A stretch of 64,000 nt of DNA, from the NCBI GenBank assembly GCA_964016885.1, contig OZ024745.1:33046001-33110000 (forward strand), read 5' to 3'. Below, piece by piece: positions 39,731-53,600 of this stretch. The notes beneath the pieces are model-generated. The model was not told the origin of the DNA. It saw nothing but the letters and a program-made list of their open reading frames with translations, and did not search any database. Position 1 is the first letter of the stretch. Each line of letters starts with the position of its first letter. The position numbers were made by a program, and so were the translations under genes. This DNA is from Eledone cirrhosa. Lineage: Eukaryota.

Positions 39731-41189
39731 AAGACAGTGACTCTGTAATAAAACTGAACCACTGTAAAGCAACTGTACAATAAAATATGTCAGATGTGAC
39801 AGTATTAACAGGTCTCATTCATATCAGCTCACGTTAGAGTGAGAATAGTTAATATAGAACAAGGCAATCCATTTTCCATGCCACTAGCAATACTGCTGCC
39901 CTAAATAACAAACATGTTTAGAAAAAATTTTGAATAGCAGAAATACAAAATGAAACAAGTTGCATGGAACCGGGAGGAGAAGAATACATTAATAAAATCA
40001 AGTTATTTTATTTTAAATAATATTAAAAAAGAAAAAGAAAAAAGCTTAAAACATCAACCGGAATTTAAAAAATCTGTTATTTCTAGTATCTAATGTTACT
40101 GTCTACATCCAGATATCATATTAGACCACTGAAAGCTGTTGACAGTAAAAAAAATTAAAATAATAATTTTATTACTTTAGGAGCCAGTCAATCATCAGAT
40201 TGGACCAAAGGAATTATGGCTCCATTGCTGATACTATTTGCTGGTTGAAGCTCCTGGCAGAATGAGGTAGGATTTGAACTCAGAATGCAGAGTTGGACTA
40301 AATATCACAAAGCATCCAGTCCAACTTTTTAACAATTCTGACAATCCATGGCACCTGGACTGGAACTTTATCAACCCCAGAAGGATAACTTAAAAAATAC
40401 AAGATCTCAGCTGAAAAGCAGAGCATTCTGATGACAACCTCTCAGTGTTAATAAATTAATAAATTAATGAATCTTCTCAATTAAAATAATCAGTAGCGTT
40501 TAGGTGGAGGTAGCAACTAATATTTTGTTGGTTTTTACAATATTTGCTTGTATAACATTTCTTAATTAAGAATACATTTTTGACTTTAGCAAAATAATCT
40601 GTACAACTTTTCTTTTATATCTTAACAGATCTAATTGAATAATAAAAAAAAGAAAAAAAAAAGAGAAAGGAGCAGTTTATCAGATTGGACCAAGAAAACA
40701 ATGTTTACATTGGTCTTTCCATTGCTGGTTACAAAAACTGGCAGAAGGAGCAACATGAAATAAAGTATTTTGCTGGGGAACACAACAGACCACCTGGTTC
40801 AGGAATTGAACCCACGACCATACAATGCTGAGTTTCAAAACCAAACTACTAGGCCATGCTCCCTTCCTTAAAAAATAAAAAAAAAACTATATAAGTAAAC
40901 AAATAGAATATGAACAATGATAATAAGAGAGTATAATAAAAATAAAAATAAAAACAGTCAAGTCAACAGGTGGAACAATATTTAGATTACCAGTTCATCT
41001 GTACCAGTAGTTTATTAAGTAAATAATTCTTTACGATATGTTCAAGGCAGCAAACAAATAAGATCACTATTTTAAGTAATAGTAGTAGAATTATCAGCAG
41101 CAACAGCATGGATAGTGGTGGTGGTATATAGAAAAATGTAACACAACAGGCTGTAAAAATGCTGTCACATTCTACCGAAGTTCAAATAA

Positions 41190-41336
41190 CTATTCTGTAG
41201 GAATATGAAATGTTCCAGAACTAGATTCATTGCCTGATGTGGCAGGATTGGTTTTGGCCTTGTTCAGAGACTGTAATGCTTTCTCTCTTAACAACTGTTC
41301 CAGTTTCTCTTGCTCTGCAGCACTATCAGAACCAGC
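41190..41336 (-). CDS. SRRM1: SRRM1-like, last coding exon
   Basis: AGSDSAAEQEKLEQLLREKALQSLNKAK...TE*; resembles the SRRM1 C-terminal LREKAL motif; acceptor tttttcag, phase 0. Confidence 0.85.
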   Translation of the reverse strand, partial: AGSDSAAEQEKLEQLLREKALQSLNKAKTNPATSGNESSSGTFHIPTE

Positions 41337-43837
41337 CTGAAAAACAAAGCCAGTATTTAAGAGTCTTTTTATCAATAAACTAAACATGTAAATATCTAAC
41401 TATGGATGAATTCAAATTGTCCTGTAAACAGTATCATTGATACATCATTTTCACTCCTAGCACCATGTTATTTGGGTCAGTGAGAAAACTCCTACGACAA
41501 AAACAACACAATATGAAGATATAATAGTCAACTCAACTACTATACCAGAACAAATTAAAATATAATATATGTTGAGACTGGTAGGAAGGAAGATAGTATT
41601 CTCAATTAGGGATCTAACCCAAATGCTTGCAGCAGAATGGATTCTGTGAAAAGAATCTAAGGGCAAGTTGGTGGTGCGAAACTGGGTGACGGATTATGAC
41701 TACCACCCAAGGTAGGCTACAACAGGATTTGAACTCAGTACAAATACAAGGCATTTCACTCATGTTAAGTAACAAAGATATATAAGCCGTAGCTCATCAC
41801 AATCATAGGTACCAACTTAGTTTACGCTGACTCTTACAATATCAGCCTGCCTACTGATATATTTCCTTAAATACTGAGAATGGTCATTCTCGTGCAATTG
41901 TATCTTGGAGGTCCCACTCATAATAATTCAAACTATGGCTTAGCTTCTCTAACATTTTCAGTTCATTATCTCGCCATAAATAGGCTAATATTCTCATCTA
42001 TATCATTCTCTCTTTCTCTTTCATCAACCTCCAAAACAGTAGATGGTAAGTAATGCATAACTGTACTGGTGCTGTGATAGAAAACAGCCCTTTCTACAGA
42101 GAAGAGAGGACCGTTTTAGACTTTTCATGAACAAGAAAATTTCTCTGGTGAATGAACAAAGACAAACTCTTTTGTATTAACACCATGATAAAATGCATCC
42201 AGCACACTGTTAGATGGTTGGTAAAAGAAAGGATATGCAACCAGAGAAAGCAAATGACATGTGGTTCTTCCCCTCTAGGAGGGTACCAACTCTAACTATG
42301 ATGCCCTCTGTCCAACCCATACAGCATGGAAAAGTGGACATAAAATGATGATGGTGATTTAATTTTCTCATCAAAAACCTGCTATCTCTAATGATATTCT
42401 ATTGTAAACAGCAATCTGATTCATTAGTTTTAGTTTCCTGTTATTTACATTAATGCTTTTGATACTAGGCCGCCCGTTGTTCAAGCCTTATGTTACCATA
42501 TTTCTAATAAAATAGCTGCCTGTAATTTTCAAATCATCTTGAAAATAATAAAACATTTGAAGTGATTTAGTAGTATAACAAAATTTCTCATTTTAAGCTA
42601 GTGGTTTGAAGCATAACTTAAAGGTTTCTACATAAAACTATGCTGGCAGTTTTTTCTTTAGATAAATATAAACACTTTAGTTAAGTTTTGTATCATAGAA
42701 CAAAGGGTGGATCTTTATCTAAAAGCCTTACATTGTAATTTCATGTAAGAACATTTATCAAACCATTTTGTGGCCATATTTCTAATGAAAAATTTACTAA
42801 AATTATGAATTATTTGTAACAATTTTATATAAGAGCTATTTTAAGTTAAATTGGAAGTCTTTAAAATTAGTGGTTTTGTCTTGGACAGGATGGTATCAAT
42901 AATTAGAATATTATTTCATTAAATTCCTCCAAATTCTTGATTACTTTAAATATCATTTGGAAATGATAGGCAGTGTGTTTCATTAGAAATATGGTAATGT
43001 AAGGGCTAACATACTATGATTAAAAATCACCGTAAGTGATTAAAGCTATAACTTATTGCTTGCTTAAATGGTCAGCACATTATTATTTTTCAGTGCTAAA
43101 AGCTCTCAACCTTCCTAGTCTTCATGTTACATGAGCACTTAACATTTCTGTAAATACACTTCTTCCATATTTCCACAAATGCTACCATACAATTATGAAT
43201 ACATCTCAGATAAGCTGATAACTGGCCAATGATATCACTTGCCATATTTTAATGGAATTAAATTTGTCTGTATGAAATCATATCCCATACACAGATCTGG
43301 TTCCCAATAGAGTTATTGATACTATCACTACTATACATTATTTTATGTCTGTTTTCCATGCTGGCATGAGGCAGACAGGAATTTTTGCAATCTGAGCCAG
43401 TTTTTATTTAGGGTTACTGCTCTCCTAGACAGGTTGGAGAAGGATGTCTTGCTTATACATCCAGTTTTTTTGGTACAATTTCTATGGCTTGATGTCTTCC
43501 TTAACACAAATCATTTTACAGAGGGTATATTTTATAACACCAACACTATAGGGGTTATGTCCTCTATGAGTAAACAATGTTCTCTACCATATGTTATCTT
43601 TTACAGAGAAACTAATTAGAAGTGATCGGCGTATCTAATGTAATTAAATTTGAACAAAGCCATATCACAGACATAGATAAAACTATAAAACTGATTCTAC
43701 TATTTATTGAACTTAGCCAATAAGAAAACACAACAAATCATATAGCACACACACACAAAGTCAACAAGGGAATTTATTGACATTAATAACCTCCCCATTG
43801 ATTTATGTCTGTTATCGCATTTTCTTGTCAATTCAAC

Positions 43838-44217
43838 TTAACTCTTGATACCAACCTGCTTGAAACCACCTGATTCTAGGATACAAAACTTCTAGTTTTT
43901 AAGTATTAATACTAAATCCTACCATCGTAATTTTACATAAGCATCTTCCTTTCAGTTTTGTTCTAAATATCAGCTTAAGCCATTTGCTACCCTATTTCTA
44001 TGATTTCCAAATCATTTTGAAAATAGGAATGGCGAGCAATTTAGCAATATAAATTTCTCATTATTCAGCCAGTGTTTGGAATATAACTTAAAGGTTCTTT
44101 AAAAGGGTTAATAATGAAAAATTTATTTTATTGAATTCACCCCAATGCTTATTTTCAAAATTAATCGAAACAAATTAGCAGTAATTTTCATTAGAAGCAT
44201 GGTAACAAAAAGGTTAA
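43838..44217 (+). mobile_element. piggyBac-type MITE family A with a nested second copy
   Basis: TTAA...gataccaac start and ggtaacaaaaagg-TTAA end; inner TTAA-bounded unit at ~43976-44111. Confidence 0.6.
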
Positions 44218-45319
44218 TACATTTTAACAATTCCCATGACATTTCTCAAACTATTTGTTGTATGTTGATGACAACTTAAAATATCTAATGTGACAGATTG
44301 ATAAGAAGACATTACTGTGACAACATGACAGTAAAGACATCCATTTACCATGACAACCTGACAGTTATATGTCATTAATATGAAGTAAATAGTTTTTGCT
44401 ATGTCTAAACAAGATTTTGGTGGTAGAAAATAAACACATTGAAACTTATTGACAGTGAATCGTAAAGTAAAATAGCAAGATTTCATCACTGCCAGAAAAC
44501 ACCATTCATCTAATCTCCCTATACATGTAGGGGTTTATAATATTTTATTCGCAAGGGTAGAATACAACCAGATCAGATTTAAGAAAAATACGCCTGAAAT
44601 ATTTATTTGGTTTAATATGAAGATGTTGGTGCCTTTTTTCTCTTTCTTTCCCCACTTTACTTCCATTTTTCCATGCTGGTATGGGTTGAACAAGTCTGCA
44701 AATTCAAACATTTGCATGAGTTCTTGTAGTAGTAGGTGTATTATGGTAGCATGTACATCTCATTAAAGCTAATTTGTTTAAGATAGCAGAAAATTGATTT
44801 TTGAAAGCTCTATACTGAGCATTGTTATATAAACATTTATTTGTGTAGAGACAAGAGACAATAATTTTTCAAATATTGTAGGTAACTATAGGATAACTAT
44901 GATTGACGTAACATAGTTCACTTCAATTATTTCAGAAACAAGAGAACTTCAAGTCAAACAAAAACTTAAGATGACATTTACAGAACCAACAAATCTGTTG
45001 ATTAAGATATCATCCAAGGAAGTTATTAATTCATAAGAGGTGTTCAGAAAAACAAACACACAAATATTTCTCAAAGATTTCCCTGTTTCAACTAAACTTC
45101 CAAGAAATATGGAGGTGGGGAGGAAAAAACTACGAAAAAGAATGTAAGACTGCATGAAGAACATTAATAATGTGGAATTTCTAAATGTTATAGATGTACA
45201 TGATTTCAACATTACACAAGCTACAACTTTAATACTCATTAAGTCGAAAGTTTAACACTACTCAATCAAAGGTGTTTAGAATAAATTCATATCAATAATT
45301 TAAACTATACACAACGAAC

Positions 45320-45427
45320 CTCCTCTTCTTCTTTGCCCTTCTTGTGCTTATGTTTCTTATGTTTCTTGTGCTTCTTTTTCTTCTTCTTCTTTTTCTTTTT
45401 CTTTGTTGCAGCATCACTGTCAGATCC
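45320..45427 (-). CDS. SRRM1: SRRM1-like exon (Lys/His-rich tract)
   Basis: GSDSDAAT then KKKKKKKKKKHKKHKKHKHKKGKEEEE-like tract; tttag|GGA and GAG|gttcgt; 108 nt, phase 0/0. Confidence 0.85.
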
Positions 45428-45788
45428 CTAAAGTATAAGACACACATTATAAATACTCTCTTCAATCATAGCAGGTGCAAGCCTGGGAAAGGTTTTTTTA
45501 ATTCATTTTTAATTTTTGTGGAAGACAAGCAGTTGCCCATGTATGAAAGCCTTCTTTTCTCTACACCAATGATGTCCAAGCAAAAGGCAATGGCTGATGG
45601 CACCAGTGACATTGCAGGCAAACTTAAAACACAATGAGGTGGTTTTACACATTATAAATATATAACCACTAAGACATAATTCTATAAAGACACCAACTAT
45701 TTCTTTATCTAAGGAAGCCGACAATCCCACAACATATTTTACAGTAATTTATCAGAACAAGATAGATACGAAGATGGGTCTGACATAC

Positions 45789-46854
45789 CTCAGATGATGA
45801 AGATTTCTTCTTCTTTTTCTTCTTCTCAGATGAATCTGTTTTAAGCTTTTTCTTTGGAGATTCAGAAGTATCTTGGAATACTGCATCCCCTGGATACACC
45901 TTTTCGAGAGAAGGATGGTTCGTGTCAACAGAAATAGATTCTGGAGCTAACGATAAGTTTGAAGAAAGTGGTCTTGATTTATAGGAATCTTGGCTTATTA
46001 ATCTTTGTTGATCTTTAGGCAAATTTTTAGTCTTTTTTGGAGAATCCCTCTGCTTGCTCGATTCAACATCATCTCGAGCTTTCTTAGCTGGAGGGGACAA
46101 TGACTTTTTCCTTCTGGACAGAACTGGAGAGGGGCTACGGCTCATTGATACGCTCCGAGATAATGACCGTTTCTTGGGAAGTTTCAAAGAAGTGTTCACT
46201 TTTTCTGGAGAAGCAGATACATCTCTAGCTTTCCTTTGGTGTGATGCCACAGGAGACAGATTCTCTGCAGAGTGTGGATGTACTGCTGCAGTTTTACCTG
46301 TCCTTTGACGAAGAGGTGACGCTGATTGTCGGAAACGTTCAGGTGATGGAGATGCAGAACCAGACATCGAAGAAGACTTCTGCTTCAGATATGACTGGTG
46401 CTGTGTTGCTGGAATCTGTCGCCTTGACATTACAGCCATCTGCGGTGAAGCATCACGGCCAACAGGAGATTCTGATTCACTATGATCTCTCTTAGTTGAT
46501 CCCGGCAAGACCTTTTTCATCACTCTTGGAGGTGATTCTGATGAAGAATGGCCACCATGGATTACTTTTCGAGGAGAAGGAGATTGAGACTTTGAGATGT
46601 TTCTTCTCTGACGAATTGGTGGCAATGGAGAATGTGATGGTGACCCCTTCATTCTGGGAGGGGACCTAGCGTAAGGTGAATGTTGCCTCATCTGACGAGG
46701 AGGAGGGGAATCTGGTGTAACTTTCCGATGTCTTCGCCGCATTTGGTTAGGTGAAGGAATGTTTCGGCGTCGTGGCGATGGAGATCTAGAAATATCTCTA
46801 GGGCGATTAGTACGAGGTCGATCTCTACCTCGCATGGGTGAGTGAGGTGGACTT
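45789..46854 (-). CDS. SRRM1: SRRM1-like large RS/SP-rich exon
   Basis: Within the 386 aa ORF; ttttatag|A and GAG|gtatg; 1066 nt, phase 2/0. Confidence 0.9.
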
Positions 46855-47122
46855 CTATAAAACAATGAAATAGAGATTAATGATTAGAATGGATATTTTA
46901 ATTAAAAAAGAGGTAACATTTGAAAATAAATGGCTTAACAATACTTACACATGCAACATTGTATTATGTAAAACACTCAAACTTCCTTTATATGATATAC
47001 TGCAACTCAATAATTTGAACACATGAGCAGAAGTAATAGTTTAGAATAATAATCATAATTACTAATTATATTACGATAAAAATACCTTATTAAATATAGC
47101 ATTTTGAATTGAAATGAAACAT

Positions 47123-47374
47123 TTAACTATTTTGACAGTCAGAAATTGACCTTGGTTTTAGGATACAAAATGGCTTATTTTAAAGTGTTCGCTTTAAAAA
47201 CCTTCCATCATAACTTTGTGTAAGAATGTTTGTTAAATTGTTCCACTCCAAACACCAGCTAAACAAGAAAGTTAGTTATATGTCTAAATCCTTTCAAATT
47301 CTCGATTGTTTTCCAAATTATTTGAAAATCATAGGCAGAGTCTTTCATTATAAATATGGTAATGAAAAGGTTAA
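47123..47374 (+). mobile_element. piggyBac-type MITE family A
   Basis: TTAA-bounded; body matches the 7497 copy. Confidence 0.6.
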
Positions 47375-48263
47375 ATAGAATCTACCATGCCAAATTTGAA
47401 GATTCAACAACAGAGAAACACGCGTGAAATATTACTGAACTGACCTTTTAAGTCTGGGGGGAGATGCATAGCGAGGAGGTGATCTGCGATATCTTTGCTG
47501 AGGAGACCAGCCTCTGGGTGCATAAGGATAACTGAAAAATAAATAAAATGATTTATTCAAGCAGAATAGAAAAACCTGAGAGCAATTTACAAAATTCTTC
47601 TAGGTTTCTTCATGTTGGCACAAGTGGGACAGTAAGGTATATTCAGAAACATCCTGATGGAATACACACAGTACACCTCCCCCGTAAAGTGGCTGATGAA
47701 TGAACCAAATCAACATAGGGTAGAGAGAAGGACCCTTTGATCTTGACAAATACTTGTGCCATGATAAAATACACCCAGTACACATAGTAAAGTGGATGGT
47801 GATCATACGGAGACAATATAGAGTAGAAAGACAATTTGGTTGGTTACATGACATCACCAGTGTTGGTGCCTAGATAAACAGAACCTAATACAATTTATAC
47901 AAGCATGAGTTGGACAAAACATTTGGAGTGGGGGTGGAGATACTTTATTTTTTAAAAAAGTATAGTATATACTGATGACCTTCCTAAAAAGTTATAGGAC
48001 ATAAGTAATTGTCACCAGCTACTTAAATGGTGTTGATATGACAATGTATGGAGATACACACACAATTGGTTTTCCTAGATTCCATCAAGAAATTCATGCA
48101 TAAGGGATTGGTTGTCTAAATGCCATAATAGAAGAAACCTGCTCATGGTGCCACACAATGGGTTCAAACCAGAAACCACGTGGTTGTGAAGCAAATTTCT
48201 TGACCACAGCCGTATGTCCTGATAAGAAGATTTATAAAGCCTACAGTAATAAACAACACTTAC

Positions 48264-48432
48264 GGTGACCGGCGCATAGAGTACGGAGACGGTCTTCTTC
48301 TGATTCGCCGTGAACCAGGATCACGAATAAGGTCCCTCCTTCCATATCTGTCTCTGGGTCGAGAAGGTGACGGATAACGACGATTTCGTATTGGTGATTC
48401 TGACCTCTTGTCTCTTCTGTCTCGAGATTCTT
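48264..48432 (-). CDS. SRRM1: SRRM1-like exon
   Basis: KESRDRRDKRSESPIRNRRYPSPSRPRDRY...MRRSP; ttctag|AA and CC|gtaagt; 169 nt, phase 1/2. Confidence 0.88.
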
Positions 48433-48768
48433 CTAGAACAACAAGTCAGTTTGTAATGAAATATATATTCTTCGGTTTTACAAAACAAAGAAAAACTTCA
48501 AATACACATCTATGATCTCCTCCCAAGGGTAATAACCAGTAAAAGAAAGTTGTTCTATCTGGGAATTGAACAACCCCGGTACAAAGAAAACAGCTGCAAA
48601 ATAGCAGCTAGCAGAGATTAAGCAAATAGAGAGGTGACAAGAGTTAAATTATCTACTTAGCCTATGCCTAACAGTAAAAACCACTTATCCAATGAGGAGA
48701 ATAATAATAGACATACTCATAATATATTGTTAGAAGATAACTTGAAATTTAATGTGATGTTGACCCCA

Positions 48769-48972
48769 TTAACTTTTAACAGCCTGTCATAATTTAATAA
48801 TAAAATATCTAAAAATGAGGTTTCTTAAAATATCTAAAGTGTCTTTACTAGTGGAAAGATCATTGTAAAAATTTGCAGTACAAGAGTAAATTTTTAATGT
48901 GATACATTCATAGTACTGGTGTGTACTTTTCAAGAATATCTTGCTAATGCAGTACAGGACACTAAGAGTTAA
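48769..48972 (+). mobile_element. TTAA-bounded MITE family B (other copies at ~52406-52570, 58025-58238, 58460-58552)
   Basis: Shared tactagtg...aaaatttgcagta...ttgctaatgcagtacaggacactaagag-TTAA. Confidence 0.65.
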
Positions 48973-50494
48973 ATATAGTTACACCACGTGTCAATAATTT
49001 TGCACACAAACATATTGTTTGATAAAGCTTCTCCATAGTTAATACAAATTCTACAATCTCTTGATTCCGTAACTCCTGAAGGAGTCATATGAGCACCATA
49101 TTGACAAACAGTGGTGTTTCTATATCATTTTAAAAACTGGTGGAGCCCATCCATCTCCAGGTCCAAACCAAATACAGCAGATTTCTTCCAGAGAAGGATA
49201 GTGAGGTAGAGACATAGAGGAAGAATCGACCCCAGTACCAGACTGGTATTTTTTTTATTGACCTCAGACAGCAAAGAGCTGAAATGAATACAGCAAAGCA
49301 TTTCATCTGATGTCCTAATGACTCTGCCAATTTGCTGCCTATGATAATATTCTAAGTATCTGTAATTAATCTCTCATCAAGAAGAAAACAACTTAACATG
49401 GAGGTAAAACAAGTAGAAATATCTCATCTGTTATAGTCAGGTTTCTATATTCAACTTATATTAATTGACATTCTAATAAGGATTGAATGGCTGGCTGCCC
49501 TTCATAAAACTAACCACAAAGCAATGTATTGTGAAAGTAAGCTAAACTTAAATCGACAGATCTAAGGAGTTATCCCTCCTGCTTCATCGCATAAAGTTTC
49601 AGATTTGATGAATAATTTCATATACCCAAAAGATGATTTCAATTTAAGAGAAACTAATAATTGCACCAAACACTATATTGATTTTCATTCAGATATGGAA
49701 CATATAAGACAGGGTTATATGACCATGACTATGACAACCAGTGCAACACATGCCAGCATGGAAAATAAAAGTAGAATGACGATTCAGATATATTTTGATG
49801 TTCTGTCAAAAGAAATCGAAACACCACCTCTACAACAGTTATGTCCTGCATATTCTTCCTCCTGTACATAAACAACCTACTTGCTATATCTAACACACAT
49901 CAAATCGTATGCAGATAATACCACTCTCCACTTCCTAATCTCCTGTACACAAAAAATATCCACATGCAGCATGGACACCTCATGTCGCCCCTGCATAACT
50001 ACAAACAGAAACAAATCAATCCAAAATTGAGTCATTTCAACCTGCAAGCATGACAAAGCAAATGCAAGACTTCCATTTTAAAGCCAGAAAATATTTCAGC
50101 TCCCTACATGGCTCATTGAGACCCTCAATGGTTTACTGCTTGTAGACAACATTCAGAAAAAAAGGCACCTAACGAACTGAATTGGGTTCGTTTGTCCCTT
50201 GAAAATTGCTAGTCTCATGTCCCCAAATTAACCATCTTTCTCTTGTCACCCACATTGTATCTGGTTGCCAATGCCTAATCTTTCTCCAACAGAACATCAC
50301 CCTGCCCATACTTTTGCAGTTGTTCACATCAACTTAATTGACTGAAGGTCAGACAAGGTTTGCTGAAGAATGAAAGCAAAAATAATAAATTAACCATTAT
50401 TAAAATAAGAAAAATTTGCATTTAAAAAAATTAATCATAGAAATTTATATTTCTAATAAAATGTGCCAAAGTTTATTTAAAAAGAAATAATTAC

Positions 50495-50642
50495 TGTGAG
50501 GTGGTTCTTCATCCTCAGAAGAAGAAGAAGTTGAACTTTCAACAGTGTCTTCATGAGTTCTATAATGGCGTCGCTGCTGTATACCTAACTTTACAGGAGA
50601 AGTAGCCTTTGCAGATTCATGATTATGACCTTGCTTATTATC
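50495..50642 (-). CDS. SRRM1: SRRM1-like exon
   Basis: DNKQGH...IQQRRHYRTHEDTVESSTSSSSEDEEPPH resembles the vertebrate SRRM1 VQQRRQYRR...SSSSSEDE segment; 148 nt, phase 0/1. Confidence 0.88.
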
Positions 50643-53600
50643 CTATGAATAGACAACATTTGATAATGTTAAAATCCTGAGCATTACAACCAAACTAAAG
50701 TGAAGAGAGTGTAAGAAAAGAAAGAGGTAACAAGAGTGAGTGAGAGACATAAAAAGATACCTATCCAATATATACCTTAAAATTCAAATGAGATATATAA
50801 TGGCTGCTGTCAAACTGGTCTCTTTGCAGTCAAATAAAAATTGTGCTCCCCATTATATAAAGATAAAATTAAAATATATTTCGTACATGAAATTGTATGA
50901 AAAATATACATGGAAAAAATGTGTTTCTAAACAAAAAAGTAAAGAAAAGACAACACATTCAATAAATATATATATCTTTATATATATATAAAACATTAAG
51001 AAAATGAGGATTATGTCATGACAAACAATGTTAAAATTATAATATTAAAACCTACACAAATATAGTGAACCTGAAAAACAAAACAAAAATCAATAATTGT
51101 ATTTCATGGAAAGTCCTGGATCAATATTTTTATATTTTCTTTTCTTGAATAAAATGCTTGAAGCATTTGAAGCCAATGATTTGTTTGTAACAAAAATTTC
51201 ATTATTACTGAATTAAAAACCATTTCTGAATGTTTTATATTAAAGAAAACCCCCCAAATATTTCCCATACCAAATAAGCAAGTAAATGCTATTGCTGCAT
51301 TAATATATTTATGATTATTTGAAAATCTTTAAAATCATTCTAAATATATTTAATTTTCTCTTTACAATTACGCATACAATTGTAATCTATTTTTAAAACA
51401 TTCATTTATTTTACAAAATAATCATGTTAAGCTGAAAAATTCTGAGACTAAGCATCAGCTTTTTGTAATGGCGCACACGTTTTTTTTTACTTTTGCCTAT
51501 GGACATACACATATTACATGAGGTTCTGGGATAACGCATCAAATATCCAACTGAGGGCTGTAACCTATTACTAATCTCTGACTTATATAATATAAAATTA
51601 TTTACACAACTTATATATTAAAACATAAAAAAAAAAAAACAATGCCATAAAACAGACTGTCTGGGAATATAAATTTGAACTATCAAGTGAAAATCAAAGA
51701 AAACAGATCTGTGGGGAAATCTCTAGTACAAACAATTCTGTTGGTTATAACAAGAATAATCCCAATTTTATCTTGATAGTGAGGTTATATTAACAAAAAA
51801 ACTGTATTGTGCATGAAACACCAATTTAATAAGAAAGTTGGTTGTATTATTATTTGGGTGTTATTAAAAAAAAAAGAATATGATGATGGCACACAATTTT
51901 AAGATGACCATTAGTGATATCGCTTTTCTGCTCAATTGGAATATGTGGTCAACCATTATTACATGCAACAGATTCAAAGCCGGATCAATACCACTTCTCT
52001 CTGGTAGAGAATTTTTTCTTACTTCTGTGAATCACCAATGGAGAGAATGGGACTGACAAAGAAAAAGTTATATAATGCTAAAAATGATAAGTTATACTTT
52101 TTCTTTGAAATTAAGACGAATACAATATAAACAAAAACAAAATCATACATCATCAAAACACTGAAAGTACCAGCATTGTGAGTTTGACATACTTTTAGGT
52201 TTTTACTATATTATATATACATGAAGGTGCACATGCTTGGCACTCAAAGTATTTCAAATTATATAAATTTTTTATATTAGAAAAAAATCTTTATCTATTA
52301 ATGAACATGCTTGCCATAGATATGGAGGGATAACATAAACCAAGTTATCCCACAGTTTGAAAGAAGCAGTCCTTGCTAGTCTATCAATAGATCTCTATGT
52401 TCACTTAACTCTTAACATTCTGTAAGGATTTAACAGAACATGCCTGTTAATTCATTCTTACTAGTGAACATATGAAAATTTGCAGTAAAGACTTCAATTT
52501 TTAATATAATGCAATCAGTCTTCTGTTGTATTATCCAAGAGTCTTGCTAATGCAGTACAGGGCATTAAATATTAAGCTTTCAAGTTCTTGCTCCATTTCA
52601 CATGGTATCTATTACAGCCCATGGTTTTATTATTTCGTTAACATTTTGGATGTAAGTTCAGCAATTTTACATCCTACTTGCATGAGGAAGGGCAGGAGAT
52701 AGAGATAGTATGTAATGTAACCGGGGAAAACAAAAGCTAAAGGCAGAAAGGAATAATAAAATCAATGTGAATAACCAGTTCATAGCATTAAAACCACATA
52801 TCTTTGACTACTGTCTAGAAAAGGTGGAATGTCTAATACTGTTTATAGTACTCTCCTGTTCTTCCCTTTCTTCTACCTTCCTAGCCCAACCATCTCATTA
52901 CATTTCTCTTCACAACATTCCCCCATCATCTGCAATTCATTGCCTTGCTCTCTCTCACCGATACTTTATTCCTTCTCCATTCAGCATGCCATGGAAGTAA
53001 CAAAACACTTTTACACCATTCCAAAGCTCTATAGCTTCCCCTATAATTATCCCAAACTTAAATGAAGCAGTCACATTATTTAATAATCCTATCATACCAC
53101 ATTTTCAATGTACCCACCAAGCACATATATATTTAATGGAGTTCACCTTTTACCCTTCCTGTTTTTCATTGTGTATTTGGCTAAGAAAAGTATGCCATAT
53201 CTGTGTCATATGAGGAGACTAAAAGAGTTGAAACCAGGAAGGACTCTATGATGAGTACTTTAAGAATAGAATACAACATCAGAGTGGTCTACCAGCACTG
53301 GGTTATATTTTTTCAAGAAATTAAACAAAATTGCTGGAAGGTAGCATGGAAGATAGACGGTAAACGATGATGATGAAGAAACTCACTCCAAAACTTGAAA
53401 GTATGTTACATTGAATTTCTCAGTCTGAAATAGTTATTCACTCTAATTTGACAGAGTACTCTGTATTAGCTATTAACACCACATCTAGCATATTGCTACT
53501 TCTTTTCATTAGGTGTCATTTTATCAATTACATAGGAACCTTCCATTGTCACCGTATAATTTCCCACTCAGCAGATGTCGTATCAACATGGCTGTCTTTC

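Noticed and set aside
40790-40862. tRNA-like sequence on the minus strand
   Set aside because: No full cloverleaf; it is a SINE head attached to a SINE body
45344-46495. Plus-strand ORFs opposite SRRM1 exons (also 58766-59105)
   Set aside because: Antisense shadows of low-complexity coding sequence
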